Source of the DNA: Phycisphaerae bacterium
Lineage (GTDB): Bacteria > Planctomycetota > Phycisphaerae > UBA1845 > Fen-1342
Reading direction: 5' to 3'
Length of the DNA: 64,000 nt
NCBI GenBank assembly: GCA_050115495.1
Contig: JASFQK010000029.1
Location: forward strand, 24,368-88,367
The translations under genes and the position numbers were made by a program. Position 1 is the stretch's first letter; every line of letters starts with the position of its first letter. Shown here one piece after another: positions 48,619 through 59,131 of this stretch. Under the pieces are notes generated by a model. The model searched no databases. It was given only the letters and a program-made list of their open reading frames with translations, and was not told the origin of the DNA.

Positions 48619-50658
48619 TCAGAACCCGTCCAGGGAGTCGTCATGGTGGGAGTCGGGCGTATGCCCCTCGCCGCCTGAGAAGTCATCCTTGTGCTGGGCC
48701 GCCGGCGTGCCGGGGGACTGCTGATGGCCGAGCTTGCCGAGATGCAGGTGCTGGCCGCCGGTGCTCGGGTGCCCGGACTGCCCCACCTTGGTTCCGCCAG
48801 CCGGCCACGCTGCTCCGGTGTGGCCCGCCGCAGCGGACTGCCGTTGGGCCGGTCTGCTGGCGTGGTGCCCGCCGCCGCCCTGCTCTCCGCCCTTGACCAG
48901 GACGGCGAGTTCGCGGACCAGGCCGTGCGTGGTGGTCGCCTGGGCGCTGAGTTCCTCGGCCGCCGAAGCGGATTCCTCGGCACCCGCCGCATTCTGCTGC
49001 GTGACCTTGTCCATCTGCGAGACGGCGACGTTCACCTGCTCGACGCCCTGGGCCTGCTCCTGGCTGGCCCTGGCGATGTCGCGAACCAAGCCGGCCACGT
49101 TGTTCACGCCCTCGACGATCGTATGAATCGCCTGCGTGCCCTCGCGCGACTTGCCCACCGAGTCGCCGATCAGGTCGTTCGTCTCCTTCGCCGCCTGCGC
49201 CGAGCGCTGGGCCAGATTGCGGACCTCTTCGGCGACGACCGCGAAGCCCTTGCCGTGCTCGCCGGCGCGGGCCGCCTCGACCGCCGCGTTCAGTGCCAGC
49301 AGGTTCGTCTGGAAAGCGATCTCCTCGATCACCTTGATGATCTTGCTGATCTGGTTCGAGGCCTCGTTGATGGCGTTCATCGTCTCTTCGCCGGAGCCGG
49401 CCGCCGTGCTCGCCTGCTCGGCGAGGTGGCTGGCCTGGCTGGCGTTCTCGGCGTTGGAGCGCGTCATGGCGGCCATCTCCTCCAGGGCGCTCGACGTCTC
49501 TTCGAGCGAGGAGGCCTGCTCGCTGGCTCCTTCGGCGAGCTGCTGCGAGGCGGAGGAAACCTGCGCGGCGGCGTCGTTGACCTGCTCCACGCCGTCGGTC
49601 ATGCCGTCGATGATGCGCCGGAACATGTCCGCCGTCTCCCGCAACTCCCGGCTACTGAACGACGTGAGCCCCTGGAACATCATCTTCATCGGCCGCGTGA
49701 TGCCGCGCGTGATCACCCAGGCCAGTACGCAACCCACCAGCACGCTGACGATGGCCAGTGTCGTCATCAGGCTGACCGCTGATTCCCGGCCCGACTCCAT
49801 CCGGTCCTTCTGCGTCTGCCGCAGCTCACTCGCCTGCGTTTGCACGTCGCGGGCGGCGGCCACCATGGTCTCCTCGTTCTGCTTCTGCTTGTCCACCAGA
49901 GCCACGTAGGTCTCGAACGCCTTGCGGTAGTCCTGCACGGCGGCGATGACCTTGTCGGCCTGCGTGTGGTTCGCCGGGTCCTGGAAGCGGGCTTTCATGT
50001 CCTGTGCCAGCTTCACCATCTGGTCGGCCAGGGTGTAGGCGCCGTCGCGGTACTCCGCGCTGCCGCGCAGCATGTAGTTCTTCTCCTGCCGCCGCGTGTC
50101 CAGCATGAGCTTGTTCAGCCGGTTGGCGTCGTCCGCCTTCGTCAGGCGGTCGCGGATGGCCTCCGAGGCCTGCTCCTCGTCCAGTTGCTTGAGCAGCTTG
50201 GCCTTCTGGTCGGAGCGCATCGCCTCCACCTGCTCGAGGGCCGTCCGCGCCGCGACGACCATCGTCTCGTCCGCCACGCCCTTCTGCCGCTCGAGGTCCG
50301 TGTACTCATTGAACGCAACCAGGTACTGCTGCGCATCCTTGCCGAGATCGCCGATCATCTGCCGGTCGGCCGGCACGTGTAGCTTGGCCAGCGCCTCGTC
50401 CGCATGCTCGTCGAACTCCCGCTGCTTGTCGCGCAGCTCCTGGGCGTACTGCGTCTCCTTACGCAACATGAAGTTCTTCTCTGACTGCCGCGCGTCGCTC
50501 ATGTCCTTGATCAGCCGGTTGGCGTCGTCCGCTTTCTCGACGCGGCTGGCCACTTCCGTCAAGCTGGACCACCCCATGTACCCCAGAGCGGCGGCGATCA
50601 CGATCATCACGCCAAAACCGCCTGCCAGTTTCGTTGCCAGTCCCATGTTGCGAAACAT
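48619..50658 (-). CDS. Methyl-accepting chemotaxis protein
   Basis: Two TMs; [34 protein letters not shown]. Confidence 0.95.
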   Translation of the reverse strand: MFRNMGLATKLAGGFGVMIVIAAALGYMGWSSLTEVASRVEKADDANRLIKDMSDARQSEKNFMLRKETQYAQELRDKQREFDEHADEALAKLHVPADRQMIGDLGKDAQQYLVAFNEYTDLERQKGVADETMVVAARTALEQVEAMRSDQKAKLLKQLDEEQASEAIRDRLTKADDANRLNKLMLDTRRQEKNYMLRGSAEYRDGAYTLADQMVKLAQDMKARFQDPANHTQADKVIAAVQDYRKAFETYVALVDKQKQNEETMVAAARDVQTQASELRQTQKDRMESGRESAVSLMTTLAIVSVLVGCVLAWVITRGITRPMKMMFQGLTSFSSRELRETADMFRRIIDGMTDGVEQVNDAAAQVSSASQQLAEGASEQASSLEETSSALEEMAAMTRSNAENASQASHLAEQASTAAGSGEETMNAINEASNQISKIIKVIEEIAFQTNLLALNAAVEAARAGEHGKGFAVVAEEVRNLAQRSAQAAKETNDLIGDSVGKSREGTQAIHTIVEGVNNVAGLVRDIARASQEQAQGVEQVNVAVSQMDKVTQQNAAGAEESASAAEELSAQATTTHGLVRELAVLVKGGEQGGGGHHASRPAQRQSAAAGHTGAAWPAGGTKVGQSGHPSTGGQHLHLGKLGHQQSPGTPAAQHKDDFSGGEGHTPDSHHDDSLDGF

Positions 50659-51366
50659 CCGGTCATCTCCTTCGTTGGCGAAGTCTGCACGCCCAGCCGG
50701 ACCCGCTCCGCGCGCGGGCCCTCCTCTGTCACGCCCGATCGGCCGTGGCAACGCCACGACCGCCCTGTCTCCCCGGAAACCCCTCGAGCTACTGGCGTAG
50801 TCCAGCCTTGGCTGGCGCAACTGCGCCAGACCAGCGGACTCGTCATGGCAGCGCTCGAATCAGGCCAAGCCTGAATCGCACGCCGGCAGCGCATCAGACT
50901 CTCTCGCCGTTTGCTCGCTGGGCACGCTCGTCCACCGGCCGTACGAACTGGCCGAGGTGGTTCCGCACTGGCCACGGCCTGGCCGTGGCAGCGCCGGTAT
51001 CATCCAGAGGTGGACGAGGCTCACTCTGTTGTGCCCGTGCCGACGGGCATACTCCCGCAAAGTCTTTGGCTCGGTGTATCCATCGAACATCCACCAGCAG
51101 ACTTGAGATAAATTCGATGCGCAAACTCGAAAGTTCCGACATAAAGCGTGCTGAATCTCGTTATCCCCCAACCTCTCGCCCTGTCCCTTGATCGCCCGCC
51201 GGCACTTGCCCATACGCCCCCGGCGCGGCACACTGCGCCCCTGGCCCCCGCGGCCCGGGAGGACAGTTCATGGAATCGACGAGCGGTCGGCGTTGCACCG
51301 CCACCCCTCTCGAAGCGGACATCGCCGATCCATAGCGTCGCTGCGGCGACCGCTCGGGGAGGTACC

Positions 51367-52674
51367 ATGTCAGGGAAGACGATACGTCGCTGGCTCTTCG
51401 TCTCGCTTGGCCTCGCCGGCGCTACCGCGACCCTGCTCATCGCCACCTATATCCAGCGCTTGCCAGCGGGACCGCGCGCCTCCGGCACGCTCGCCCACGA
51501 AGCGTACGTGTGGCAACGCGCCTGGGACGCCGGCGTGCACCGGGCCGTCGACTGCGCCTCCAGCGGTGTGCGCGCCCTGCACGTCCTCGGCGCCGAAGTG
51601 GCGTGGACGGACGGCCAGGCGCACGTCGTGCGCGTTCCGATCGACTACGAAACCCTGCGTAACTGCGACGCCCACATCGGCCTCGTGCTGCGCATCGGTC
51701 CCTATAACGGCCCGTTCGCTGAATCCGACAAGACGGCTCATCTTCTCGCCGATCTGGTGGCCGACCTGCGCGGACGAGCCGCCGACGCCGGCGTCTGTGT
51801 CGAAGAGCTGCAGATCGACTTCGACTGCGCCACGTCCAAGCTCGACGGCTACCGCACCTGGCTCAGCGCCCTCCGCCCCGCCGCCGCCTCGCTCAAGCTG
51901 GTCATCACGGCCCTACCAACGTGGCTCACCGCCGACGCGTTCCGCCCACTCGCCGAAACCACCGACGGCTTCGTCCTCCAGGTTCACTCGCTCAACCGCC
52001 CCGAGCACGTCAACGATCCGCTGACCCTGTGCGACCCGCAGGAAGCCGCCGCCGCCGTCGAACGCGCCGGCCGCATCGGCGTCCCCTTCCGCGTCGCCCT
52101 GCCCACGTACGGCTACTACGTCGCCTTCGACGCCAACGGCCGCTTCGTCGGCTTACGGGCCGAGGGACCGGCGATCACCTGGCCCGCCGGCACGGACGTG
52201 CGCACTCTCCGCGCCGAGCCGGCGAGCCTGGCCACGCTCGTCGCCGCCTGGAACACCGACCGGCCGGCAACCATGAACGGCATCATCTGGTACCGCCTGC
52301 CCACCAACGACGACGAGCTCAACTGGCACTGGCGAACGCTGCAGACGGTCATGACCGGCCGCATCCCGCAGCCCCTCCTGCATCCCCGCTCCGCCAGCTC
52401 CGCACCCGGCCTCGCCGAACTGTCCCTCACTAACGACGGCGACGCCGACGCCCCGCCCCCCACCACCATCACCGCCCGCTGGACCGGCACCCGTCTCATC
52501 GCCGGCGACGGCCTCGGCGGCTACGAGCTCGCCAGCACAACCGCGGACACCGCGGTGTTTCGCCGGAAATCGGAAACTGCGGGGCGATGGATCGCCCCCG
52601 AGGAAGGCCGCCCGATCGGCTGGTTACGCTTCGAAGCAGACACGGAGGTCCGGATCGATGTCGAGACGAAGTAG
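51367..52674 (+). CDS. DUF3142-like protein
   Basis: YVWQRAW, LQIDFDCATSKL, ITALPTWL, VLQVH, FRVALPTYG. Confidence 0.8.
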   Translation: MSGKTIRRWLFVSLGLAGATATLLIATYIQRLPAGPRASGTLAHEAYVWQRAWDAGVHRAVDCASSGVRALHVLGAEVAWTDGQAHVVRVPIDYETLRNCDAHIGLVLRIGPYNGPFAESDKTAHLLADLVADLRGRAADAGVCVEELQIDFDCATSKLDGYRTWLSALRPAAASLKLVITALPTWLTADAFRPLAETTDGFVLQVHSLNRPEHVNDPLTLCDPQEAAAAVERAGRIGVPFRVALPTYGYYVAFDANGRFVGLRAEGPAITWPAGTDVRTLRAEPASLATLVAAWNTDRPATMNGIIWYRLPTNDDELNWHWRTLQTVMTGRIPQPLLHPRSASSAPGLAELSLTNDGDADAPPPTTITARWTGTRLIAGDGLGGYELASTTADTAVFRRKSETAGRWIAPEEGRPIGWLRFEADTEVRIDVETK

Positions 52675-54820
52675 TCCTGTAGCCGCGTGCGCCGCCGCGC
52701 TCGCCGCCGTCGCCACCTGGGCGACGCTGACGTGGGCGTGCGGCCCCTTCTTCCCCAACCGTTTACTCGTGCAAGGCGACAAAGCGCTGCTCTGGGCCCC
52801 CGTGGCCGATTTCTGCGCCGAAGTAGAACGGCTATGTCCCGCCGGCCCCGCGCCCTTTCAGGCCCAATGCCGCGACGACCACGACGGTGCGGCAGAGACA
52901 GCGGAGAGCGCTCAAGCGGATCTGCAATCCGCCCTGACCGACCTCGGCCGCCCGCCCAAAGCCAGCACCGCTCTCCTCACCCAGTACGCCGAGATGCGCG
53001 ACGTCCTTCGCCGCCGCGCCTCGGCCGTTCAGGCCTGGGAGTCCCCGATGCCGTGGTGGCGGAACCAATCAAAGAAAGAGCGGCCGACGCTGCCACCGCT
53101 CACCATCCCGGCGGATCTCCCACCCGAGTTCGCTCACTATGACGCCGGCGCGGTCGCTTTCTACCGCGGCGACACCACCCTCGCCCGCGACGAGTGGCAG
53201 GCCGTCCTGAACCTCGCCGCGGAGCAGCGCCGCTACCGCTCCACCTGGGCCGCCTTCATGCTCGGCAAGTGCACGCTCGATAGCGACCCCGCTGAGGCCG
53301 TGCGCCGCTTCGAGCAGGTGCGTGAGCTCGCCACGGCCGGCTTCCGCGACAGCCTCGGCCTCGCCGCTTCGAGCCTCGGCTGGCAGGCCCGCGCCGAACT
53401 GCAACGCGGCCAGTTCGAGCAAACCGTCGACCTGTACATGCAGCAACAGGCCACGGGCGATCCCACGGCCATGTCCTCGCTGCGTATGGTCGCCGGCCGG
53501 CTGTCGCAGCTCCCGCCCGCCGACCTGCGTCGCGCGGCCGCTCACGTGGCCACGCAACGCCTGCTCACTGCGTATTTCATCGCCCGCGGCGGCCCCCGAA
53601 CCTCACGCCGGCCCGAGGACGACTTGCTCGACCGCCGGCGCAACAACTGGCTCGAAGCCGTCGAAGCGGCGGCGACCGACAACGTCGCCGGCGCCGAGCG
53701 GCTTGCCTGGGCCGCCTATCAAGCCGGACGTATGGACACCGCCGAACGCTGGCTCGCCCGGGCCAACCCCGACGAACCGATCGTGCACTGGCTCCGGGCC
53801 AAGCTGCTCCTCCGCGCCGGCCGGATCGATGAGGCGGCCACCCACCTGGCCGCCGCCGCCCACAGTTTCCCCGCAGATGAAGCCTGGACCGAACTCGCCG
53901 ACGACCAGGCGGAAAGCGAGTACCTCGACACCCTGCCGGCGGAGCGCACACTCGGCGAACTCGGCGTTCTCCATCTCGCCCGCCGCCAATACGCTGAGGC
54001 CCTCGACGCGCTGCTACGAGCCCGGTTCTGGATGGACGCCGCCTACGTCGCAGAGAGCGTGCTGACCATCGACGAACTGGCCGCGTACGTCGACCAGCAC
54101 TGGCCGGCCGTCAGCGCGGACCGTGAGCGCCCCGTGATCCGCCCCAGGTGGCAGCGTAGCCCCGAGCTGGACGATGAACTCGCCGTGCGCATTCGCCACC
54201 TGCTCGCCCGCCGACTGATTCGCGCCGGCCAGTACACGCGGGCCGAGCCATACTGCCCGCGGGAATGGCAACCGGAGCTGCGCGAACTGGCCGCCGGACT
54301 GGCGACGGGGCGCGACACAGCGCAACCTGCCGCCGAACGCGCCGCCGCTCTCTGGCAAGCGGCCCGCCTCACGCGCTACGACGGTCTGGAGTTGCTCGGC
54401 ACCGAGCTCGACCCCGACTGGTACAGCCTCGCCGGCAACAACGAGCTGTCCCTGACGCGCCTGTGCCGCGTCGAACCCACGGGCAACCGCTTGAATCGCG
54501 CCAGCCCCGACGAACAGACCCGCGCCCGCCGGCACGCCCTCAAATCACCACATCGCTGGCACTACCGCTACCTTGCCGCCGACCTGGGTTGGCAGGCCGC
54601 GAGCCTCATGCCGAACGAATCCGACGAGACCGCCCGCGTCCTGTGCGAGGCCGGCTCGTGGCTGAAGGCGCTGGATCCCCCCGCCGCCGATCGCTTCTAC
54701 AAGGCGCTCGTTCGGCGTTGCCGCACCACGACGCTCGGCCGCGACGCCGACCGCCTGCGCTGGTTCCCGGATCTCAGTGAATACCCCGCGACGCAACCCG
54801 CGCCCAATGCAGAACCATAA
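52658..54820 (+). CDS. Secreted TPR-like partner of the DUF3142 gene
   Basis: Signal ending WA/CGPFFP; helical repeats; overlaps upstream gene. Confidence 0.75.
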   Translation: MSRRSSPVAACAAALAAVATWATLTWACGPFFPNRLLVQGDKALLWAPVADFCAEVERLCPAGPAPFQAQCRDDHDGAAETAESAQADLQSALTDLGRPPKASTALLTQYAEMRDVLRRRASAVQAWESPMPWWRNQSKKERPTLPPLTIPADLPPEFAHYDAGAVAFYRGDTTLARDEWQAVLNLAAEQRRYRSTWAAFMLGKCTLDSDPAEAVRRFEQVRELATAGFRDSLGLAASSLGWQARAELQRGQFEQTVDLYMQQQATGDPTAMSSLRMVAGRLSQLPPADLRRAAAHVATQRLLTAYFIARGGPRTSRRPEDDLLDRRRNNWLEAVEAAATDNVAGAERLAWAAYQAGRMDTAERWLARANPDEPIVHWLRAKLLLRAGRIDEAATHLAAAAHSFPADEAWTELADDQAESEYLDTLPAERTLGELGVLHLARRQYAEALDALLRARFWMDAAYVAESVLTIDELAAYVDQHWPAVSADRERPVIRPRWQRSPELDDELAVRIRHLLARRLIRAGQYTRAEPYCPREWQPELRELAAGLATGRDTAQPAAERAAALWQAARLTRYDGLELLGTELDPDWYSLAGNNELSLTRLCRVEPTGNRLNRASPDEQTRARRHALKSPHRWHYRYLAADLGWQAASLMPNESDETARVLCEAGSWLKALDPPAADRFYKALVRRCRTTTLGRDADRLRWFPDLSEYPATQPAPNAEP

Positions 54821-55026
54821 CGCCCCCGCCGTTCGCCCCACCTTTCGCACGGACGGGTGCGGAGAACGCCGGCTCGCCCGGCGTTCCCCGCATTACTTCG
54901 TCATCCGCCCAAGCAGCCGCCCACCTCCCGGACCCGGTTCATGCGGGGTCACGTCCGTGTGGTAAGCGCCGCCGCCGGCTGCCGAAAGCACCCGTTGCCG
55001 CTCCGGCCGCCGAAGCCTCGGGACCG

Positions 55027-55701
55027 TCAGCGCCGCCGCAGCCAGAGCAGACCCACGCCCAGCAGCAGCGCCGTCGCCGGCTCAGGCACCAGCACAAGCT
55101 GATCCTGAGCCAGCTCTTCGCCCTCGGCGTCCCAGTAGAGGTGCATCACCAAAACGTCGCCGATATCCGCACCGGCGTTATCGACCGCGTCCTGGTAATA
55201 CTGATCGGCCAGCGAACCATCGCCGGTCGTCCAGGTCTGCGCCTCCTCCTCCTCAATGAACCAGAAGACATGCTGCAGCGCGTCGGCACAGGCGGCGCGC
55301 GCCGTGCCGCCGTCGCTGGTGTCGTAGACGTAGCCGTCGAGTTCTCCGTTGATGAATTTCGTGTAGAGGTACGCGCTGCGCGGATCCAGCGGATCGGGAT
55401 TGCCACCGCCGGCGCCGCCACTGACGGCCGCCGTGTCGAAGTCGACCCAGAACATCCGGTCGTAGTCGACGTGCTCGGTGATCTCGATGCAGAACGTCTC
55501 GAAGATATCGTCCGTGGCCGCGCCGAGCGACACCGGCTCGAACGGGAACTCCTGGAAGTACATGGCGAACTCGCCGCCGTCGGTGGTGCCGTAGCTGTCG
55601 CACAGCGTGACGGTCGAGACAAACTCGGCCGCCGCCGGACTCGCCAGCCACAACGCGACGCCGGCCAACGAAGCAAGAACACGCAAACGAGTGCAGGACA
55701 T
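55027..55701 (-). CDS. PEP-CTERM protein with thioester-domain-like motifs
   Basis: Signal peptide; ETFCIE, LQHVFW; VPEPATALLLGVGLLWLRRR. Confidence 0.88.
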   Translation of the reverse strand: MSCTRLRVLASLAGVALWLASPAAAEFVSTVTLCDSYGTTDGGEFAMYFQEFPFEPVSLGAATDDIFETFCIEITEHVDYDRMFWVDFDTAAVSGGAGGGNPDPLDPRSAYLYTKFINGELDGYVYDTSDGGTARAACADALQHVFWFIEEEEAQTWTTGDGSLADQYYQDAVDNAGADIGDVLVMHLYWDAEGEELAQDQLVLVPEPATALLLGVGLLWLRRR

Positions 55702-56113
55702 CTTCTATCTCCTCTAGGATAGCGCGGCGCATGCGCACCACGACAACACACTCCGCCGCGCTGCACGTCTGCAGCGCGGGTGTCGTGTCCCCGCCCCCGC
55801 GGATGGAAGCATTGTCCCTGCGTATGTAGGGTAGTCCCTTCGACCTCATGCATTGTAAGCAGACGCGCGACACGGAGACAAGGTTTAATGTCGTGCATTG
55901 CTCACAATGTGCACGACGCGTTATAGGCGCTGCCCGCGGTGTCCGAGAAAAGCTCCACGCCGCGCACTGCCGCTCGCTTCCCAGTGTTACCGCACCTCGA
56001 CGCGCCGCCGGCCGGTTGCTAGAATCGGACCTGCACGGTCGCGTACCAGACGCCGCCGAACGTCGACCGCGTCGGCGCCGTGGCAGTTCGAGGGATGCTT
56101 GGGAGGATCCATC

Positions 56114-56548
56114 ATGGTCAAGGCGATGGTTGTCATCCTGCTCGTTGCCGGCCTGATCGTCGCCGGTATCTACCTCTTCGGCGGCACACGTTCGTTCGAC
56201 CCGGACAAGCAGGGCCGCCAGGCCCGCGCCGCCATCCAGCCGGGTATGTCCTGGGAGCAGGTCGTCAAGATCTGCGAACCCAAGAACTTCCGCATCGTGC
56301 AAGCCACGAAGCAGAAAACGTTCAACGGCGAGACCGTCATCAAGAAACCCGGCGTACCCCAGAGGTACGACCACGCCCTGCTCGCCGGCGAAGTCGACGC
56401 ACGCCGCATGGAGCACGGCTTCGTCTTCGACTACAACTTCAGCCACCAGGTGGCCTTCGAGGTGTGGTTCGACGCCGCCGGCGAGGTCACCGAAGTCAAC
56501 GATCTCGCCACGATGGCCGACCTGCTGGACACGCGCGGCGGGGGTTGA
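56114..56548 (+). CDS. Membrane-anchored hypothetical protein
   Basis: GGAGG RBS, N-terminal TM, IQPGMSWEQV. Confidence 0.75.
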   Translation: MVKAMVVILLVAGLIVAGIYLFGGTRSFDPDKQGRQARAAIQPGMSWEQVVKICEPKNFRIVQATKQKTFNGETVIKKPGVPQRYDHALLAGEVDARRMEHGFVFDYNFSHQVAFEVWFDAAGEVTEVNDLATMADLLDTRGGG

Positions 56549-56550
56549 TC

Positions 56551-57093
56551 GTGTCCCGCACGGAGCGTCAGACACCGCTCCCGAACACGCCGCCGCCCGA
56601 GCGCAGCCACGCCCCACCCGACGAGTGGACGCCGCTGCGGGGCTTGTGCCGGGCGGCGTTGCGCGGCCTCGTGCTGGCCGGGCTCCTGGCGTTGCCACTG
56701 GCCTTCCTGGCCCGCACCCTGCCCCACCTCCTCATCCTGCTGGCGCCGCGGACGATGCTGGCCTTCGGCATTCTCTGGCTGCTGCGCCGCCGCGTGCACC
56801 GCGACGCCGGCATGGAAGAGTGGCGCTGCTCGCTTCTGGCCGCCTGCCTGGCCGGACTCGTCCTCGTCTCCAACCACGTCGTCTTCGCCCTCCACGGCGT
56901 AGCACCGTCGCCGCCTGGCAACTACGCGTTCGCCTTTCCCATGGGTCCCCTCGGGGACGTCGTGCCCTGCACCAACGGCCTGCTCATCGGCGCGATGTGG
57001 CTGCACCCCTACGCCCTGCTGATTGCGAACACCGTCCCCCTCTTCGCCGCCATCATCATCACCTCGGCCTTGGCTCGCTGCGGTGATGCCTGA
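56551..57093 (+). CDS. Membrane hypothetical protein
   Basis: GTG 2 bp after previous stop; about four hydrophobic segments. Confidence 0.65.
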   Translation: MSRTERQTPLPNTPPPERSHAPPDEWTPLRGLCRAALRGLVLAGLLALPLAFLARTLPHLLILLAPRTMLAFGILWLLRRRVHRDAGMEEWRCSLLAACLAGLVLVSNHVVFALHGVAPSPPGNYAFAFPMGPLGDVVPCTNGLLIGAMWLHPYALLIANTVPLFAAIIITSALARCGDA

Positions 57094-57114
57094 GCGCCGC
57101 GGCCCGTGTCCGTG

Positions 57115-58425
57115 TTACGCCGCCGGCCCCTGCGGTAGCGGCTGCGGAATCGTTAAGCGAAACTCCGCCCACTGCCCTTCCGCGCTGTCCGCCTCGATGT
57201 GCCCACCGTGCATTTGGATGATCCGCCAGCACGTGTACAGCCCCACACCCGTTCCCTTCCGCCGCAACAGCGCCTCCGTCTGCAACCGCGAAAACTTGCG
57301 GAACAGCCGCCCACGTTCCCCCGGCGGAAAACCCGGCCCCTCGTTCCACACGCGCACCTCAAGCGCCCCCGCCGGCTGCGCCACGGTCAGCCGGATCGAG
57401 CCCCCCTCATTGCCGTACTTGGCCGCGTTACCCAACAGGTTCACCATCATGATCCGCATCAGGTCCGGATCGACCTGCACCGGCGCCGGCGTCTCCGGCA
57501 GATGCCGTTCGAGCTGCATACGTTGCGCTTCGATCTGCGGCGCGATGATGTCGATCGCCGGCTCGACGACGCCGCTCACGAAATCCACATCGTCGCGTGC
57601 CTTCAACTCGAGCTGCCCACTCTCCAGCCGGCCCAGATCCAGGTAGTCGCCCACCAGTCGCAGCAGATACTCACCCTTGGCGACCATCCGGCTGAGGCGT
57701 TCGCGCTGCTCCGCGGTCAGCGGTCCCACGTAGCCGTCCGCCATCAACTGTGCGCTTTGCAGCATCGACGCCACCGGCGACTTCAGCTCGTGCGCGACGA
57801 AGCCCAGCATCTCGAAGTACGCCTCGTTCGCCGCCCGCAACTGCTCGATCCGCCACGTCTTCTCCACCGCTTGGCTGAGCCGCTCGGCGACCGCTAGGTG
57901 CAACCGCACGTGTCCCGCGTCGTAGACCCGCGCCCGCCGGCTGCTGCGAAACAGCACGCCGACGCGCCGCCCCTCCACCGCCAGCGGACACGTCATGCTC
58001 GAACGCACGCCTTCGCGCACCAGCAGCTTCGTCGCCGCGCTGTCGGGGTGCTCGGCCAGGTATGCTTCCAGATCGTGGATCAGGCGCGGCGTGCCGCGGT
58101 TCAGCACCGCATCCAGCGAACTCCCCCGCAGATCGGCGGCGTACCCTTTCTTCAACAGCACGGGCTCGTACGTCGCTCGCGTGTAGTGCGAGACGAGGCG
58201 AGCCCCGTCCTCCTCCACCAGGGCGATGCTCACCCGATCGCACGGACTGATCGCCCGCGTCGCGTCGAACAGGAAATCGACCAGCTCTTCGACGGACTGG
58301 CGGGCGGCGACCTTCTGGTTGATCGTGTCGAGGACGGACCGCTGCTCCTCCGAGAGCTCATCCGCCCGCCACGCCGCGGCGTCATCTGCCAGGTACTCGA
58401 CGACCGTCGGCGTGGGTCCGCTCAT
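57115..58425 (-). CDS. GAF-domain sensor histidine kinase
   Basis: AHELKSP, NLLGNAAKY, EGPG, GTGVGL; N-terminal GAF. Confidence 0.93.
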   Translation of the reverse strand: MSGPTPTVVEYLADDAAAWRADELSEEQRSVLDTINQKVAARQSVEELVDFLFDATRAISPCDRVSIALVEEDGARLVSHYTRATYEPVLLKKGYAADLRGSSLDAVLNRGTPRLIHDLEAYLAEHPDSAATKLLVREGVRSSMTCPLAVEGRRVGVLFRSSRRARVYDAGHVRLHLAVAERLSQAVEKTWRIEQLRAANEAYFEMLGFVAHELKSPVASMLQSAQLMADGYVGPLTAEQRERLSRMVAKGEYLLRLVGDYLDLGRLESGQLELKARDDVDFVSGVVEPAIDIIAPQIEAQRMQLERHLPETPAPVQVDPDLMRIMMVNLLGNAAKYGNEGGSIRLTVAQPAGALEVRVWNEGPGFPPGERGRLFRKFSRLQTEALLRRKGTGVGLYTCWRIIQMHGGHIEADSAEGQWAEFRLTIPQPLPQGPAA

Positions 58426-59128
58426 CGATCTGCTCCTTCTCACCGCGCGACGGCGAATTCGCCGCCAGACCGAACCGAGCGCTCAGGAGCGCAAACATGC
58501 CGCGCCCGACGAGAACACCGGCCATCGCTCCCGCGACGACGTCGCTGAGAAAATGCGCGCCGTTGACCAGCCGCGCCGATGCCGTGCACACGGCGAGAAC
58601 GTAGAACGCGGCACGCCCGCCAGGGTACAGGCGAGACAGCACGCAGGCCAGCGCGAACGCCATCGCCGCCTCACCCGAAGGGAAACACACGCCCTGCCGC
58701 TCGAACAGCGACACCATCGGCGTTGTGAAGGCCAGTTGTCCACCGGCCTGGTTAGGTCGCTGCCGGCCGATGGCTGCCTGGGCAACGTTGGCCACCACCA
58801 CCGCACATAGCACGCTGACCAGCGCCACGTTCGCCGTCCGCCAACTCCGCGCGTGCGTCGCCATGACCACGAAGTACATGATCAGCGTCCCGACCAGGCT
58901 GCCCCCGATCAGACGCAACGCGAGCCACACCGGCTTCGTCACGTGGTAGAAGTCCCGGTCCAGCGGATTGGCCGTCTGCAACCGCAACGAGACTTCGCGA
59001 TAGAACACCTGGTCCAGGCCGAGCAATCCCCACACCACCAGCGCGACCCCCAGCCCCCAGCACAACCACGATGCCACCTGCCCGGCCAGCCTGTTCATTC
59101 TCGCCGGCGTCATCGTGCAGACCTCCAT
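58382..59128 (-). CDS. PAP2-family membrane phosphatase
   Basis: GRQRP, FPSGEA, ARLVNGAHFLSDV. Confidence 0.85.
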   Translation of the reverse strand: MEVCTMTPARMNRLAGQVASWLCWGLGVALVVWGLLGLDQVFYREVSLRLQTANPLDRDFYHVTKPVWLALRLIGGSLVGTLIMYFVVMATHARSWRTANVALVSVLCAVVVANVAQAAIGRQRPNQAGGQLAFTTPMVSLFERQGVCFPSGEAAMAFALACVLSRLYPGGRAAFYVLAVCTASARLVNGAHFLSDVVAGAMAGVLVGRGMFALLSARFGLAANSPSRGEKEQIDERTHADGRRVPGR

Positions 59129-59131
59129 CGC

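Noticed and set aside
50860..51231. Short ORFs between the MCP and DUF3142 genes
   Set aside because: No recognisable motif or RBS, weak codon bias
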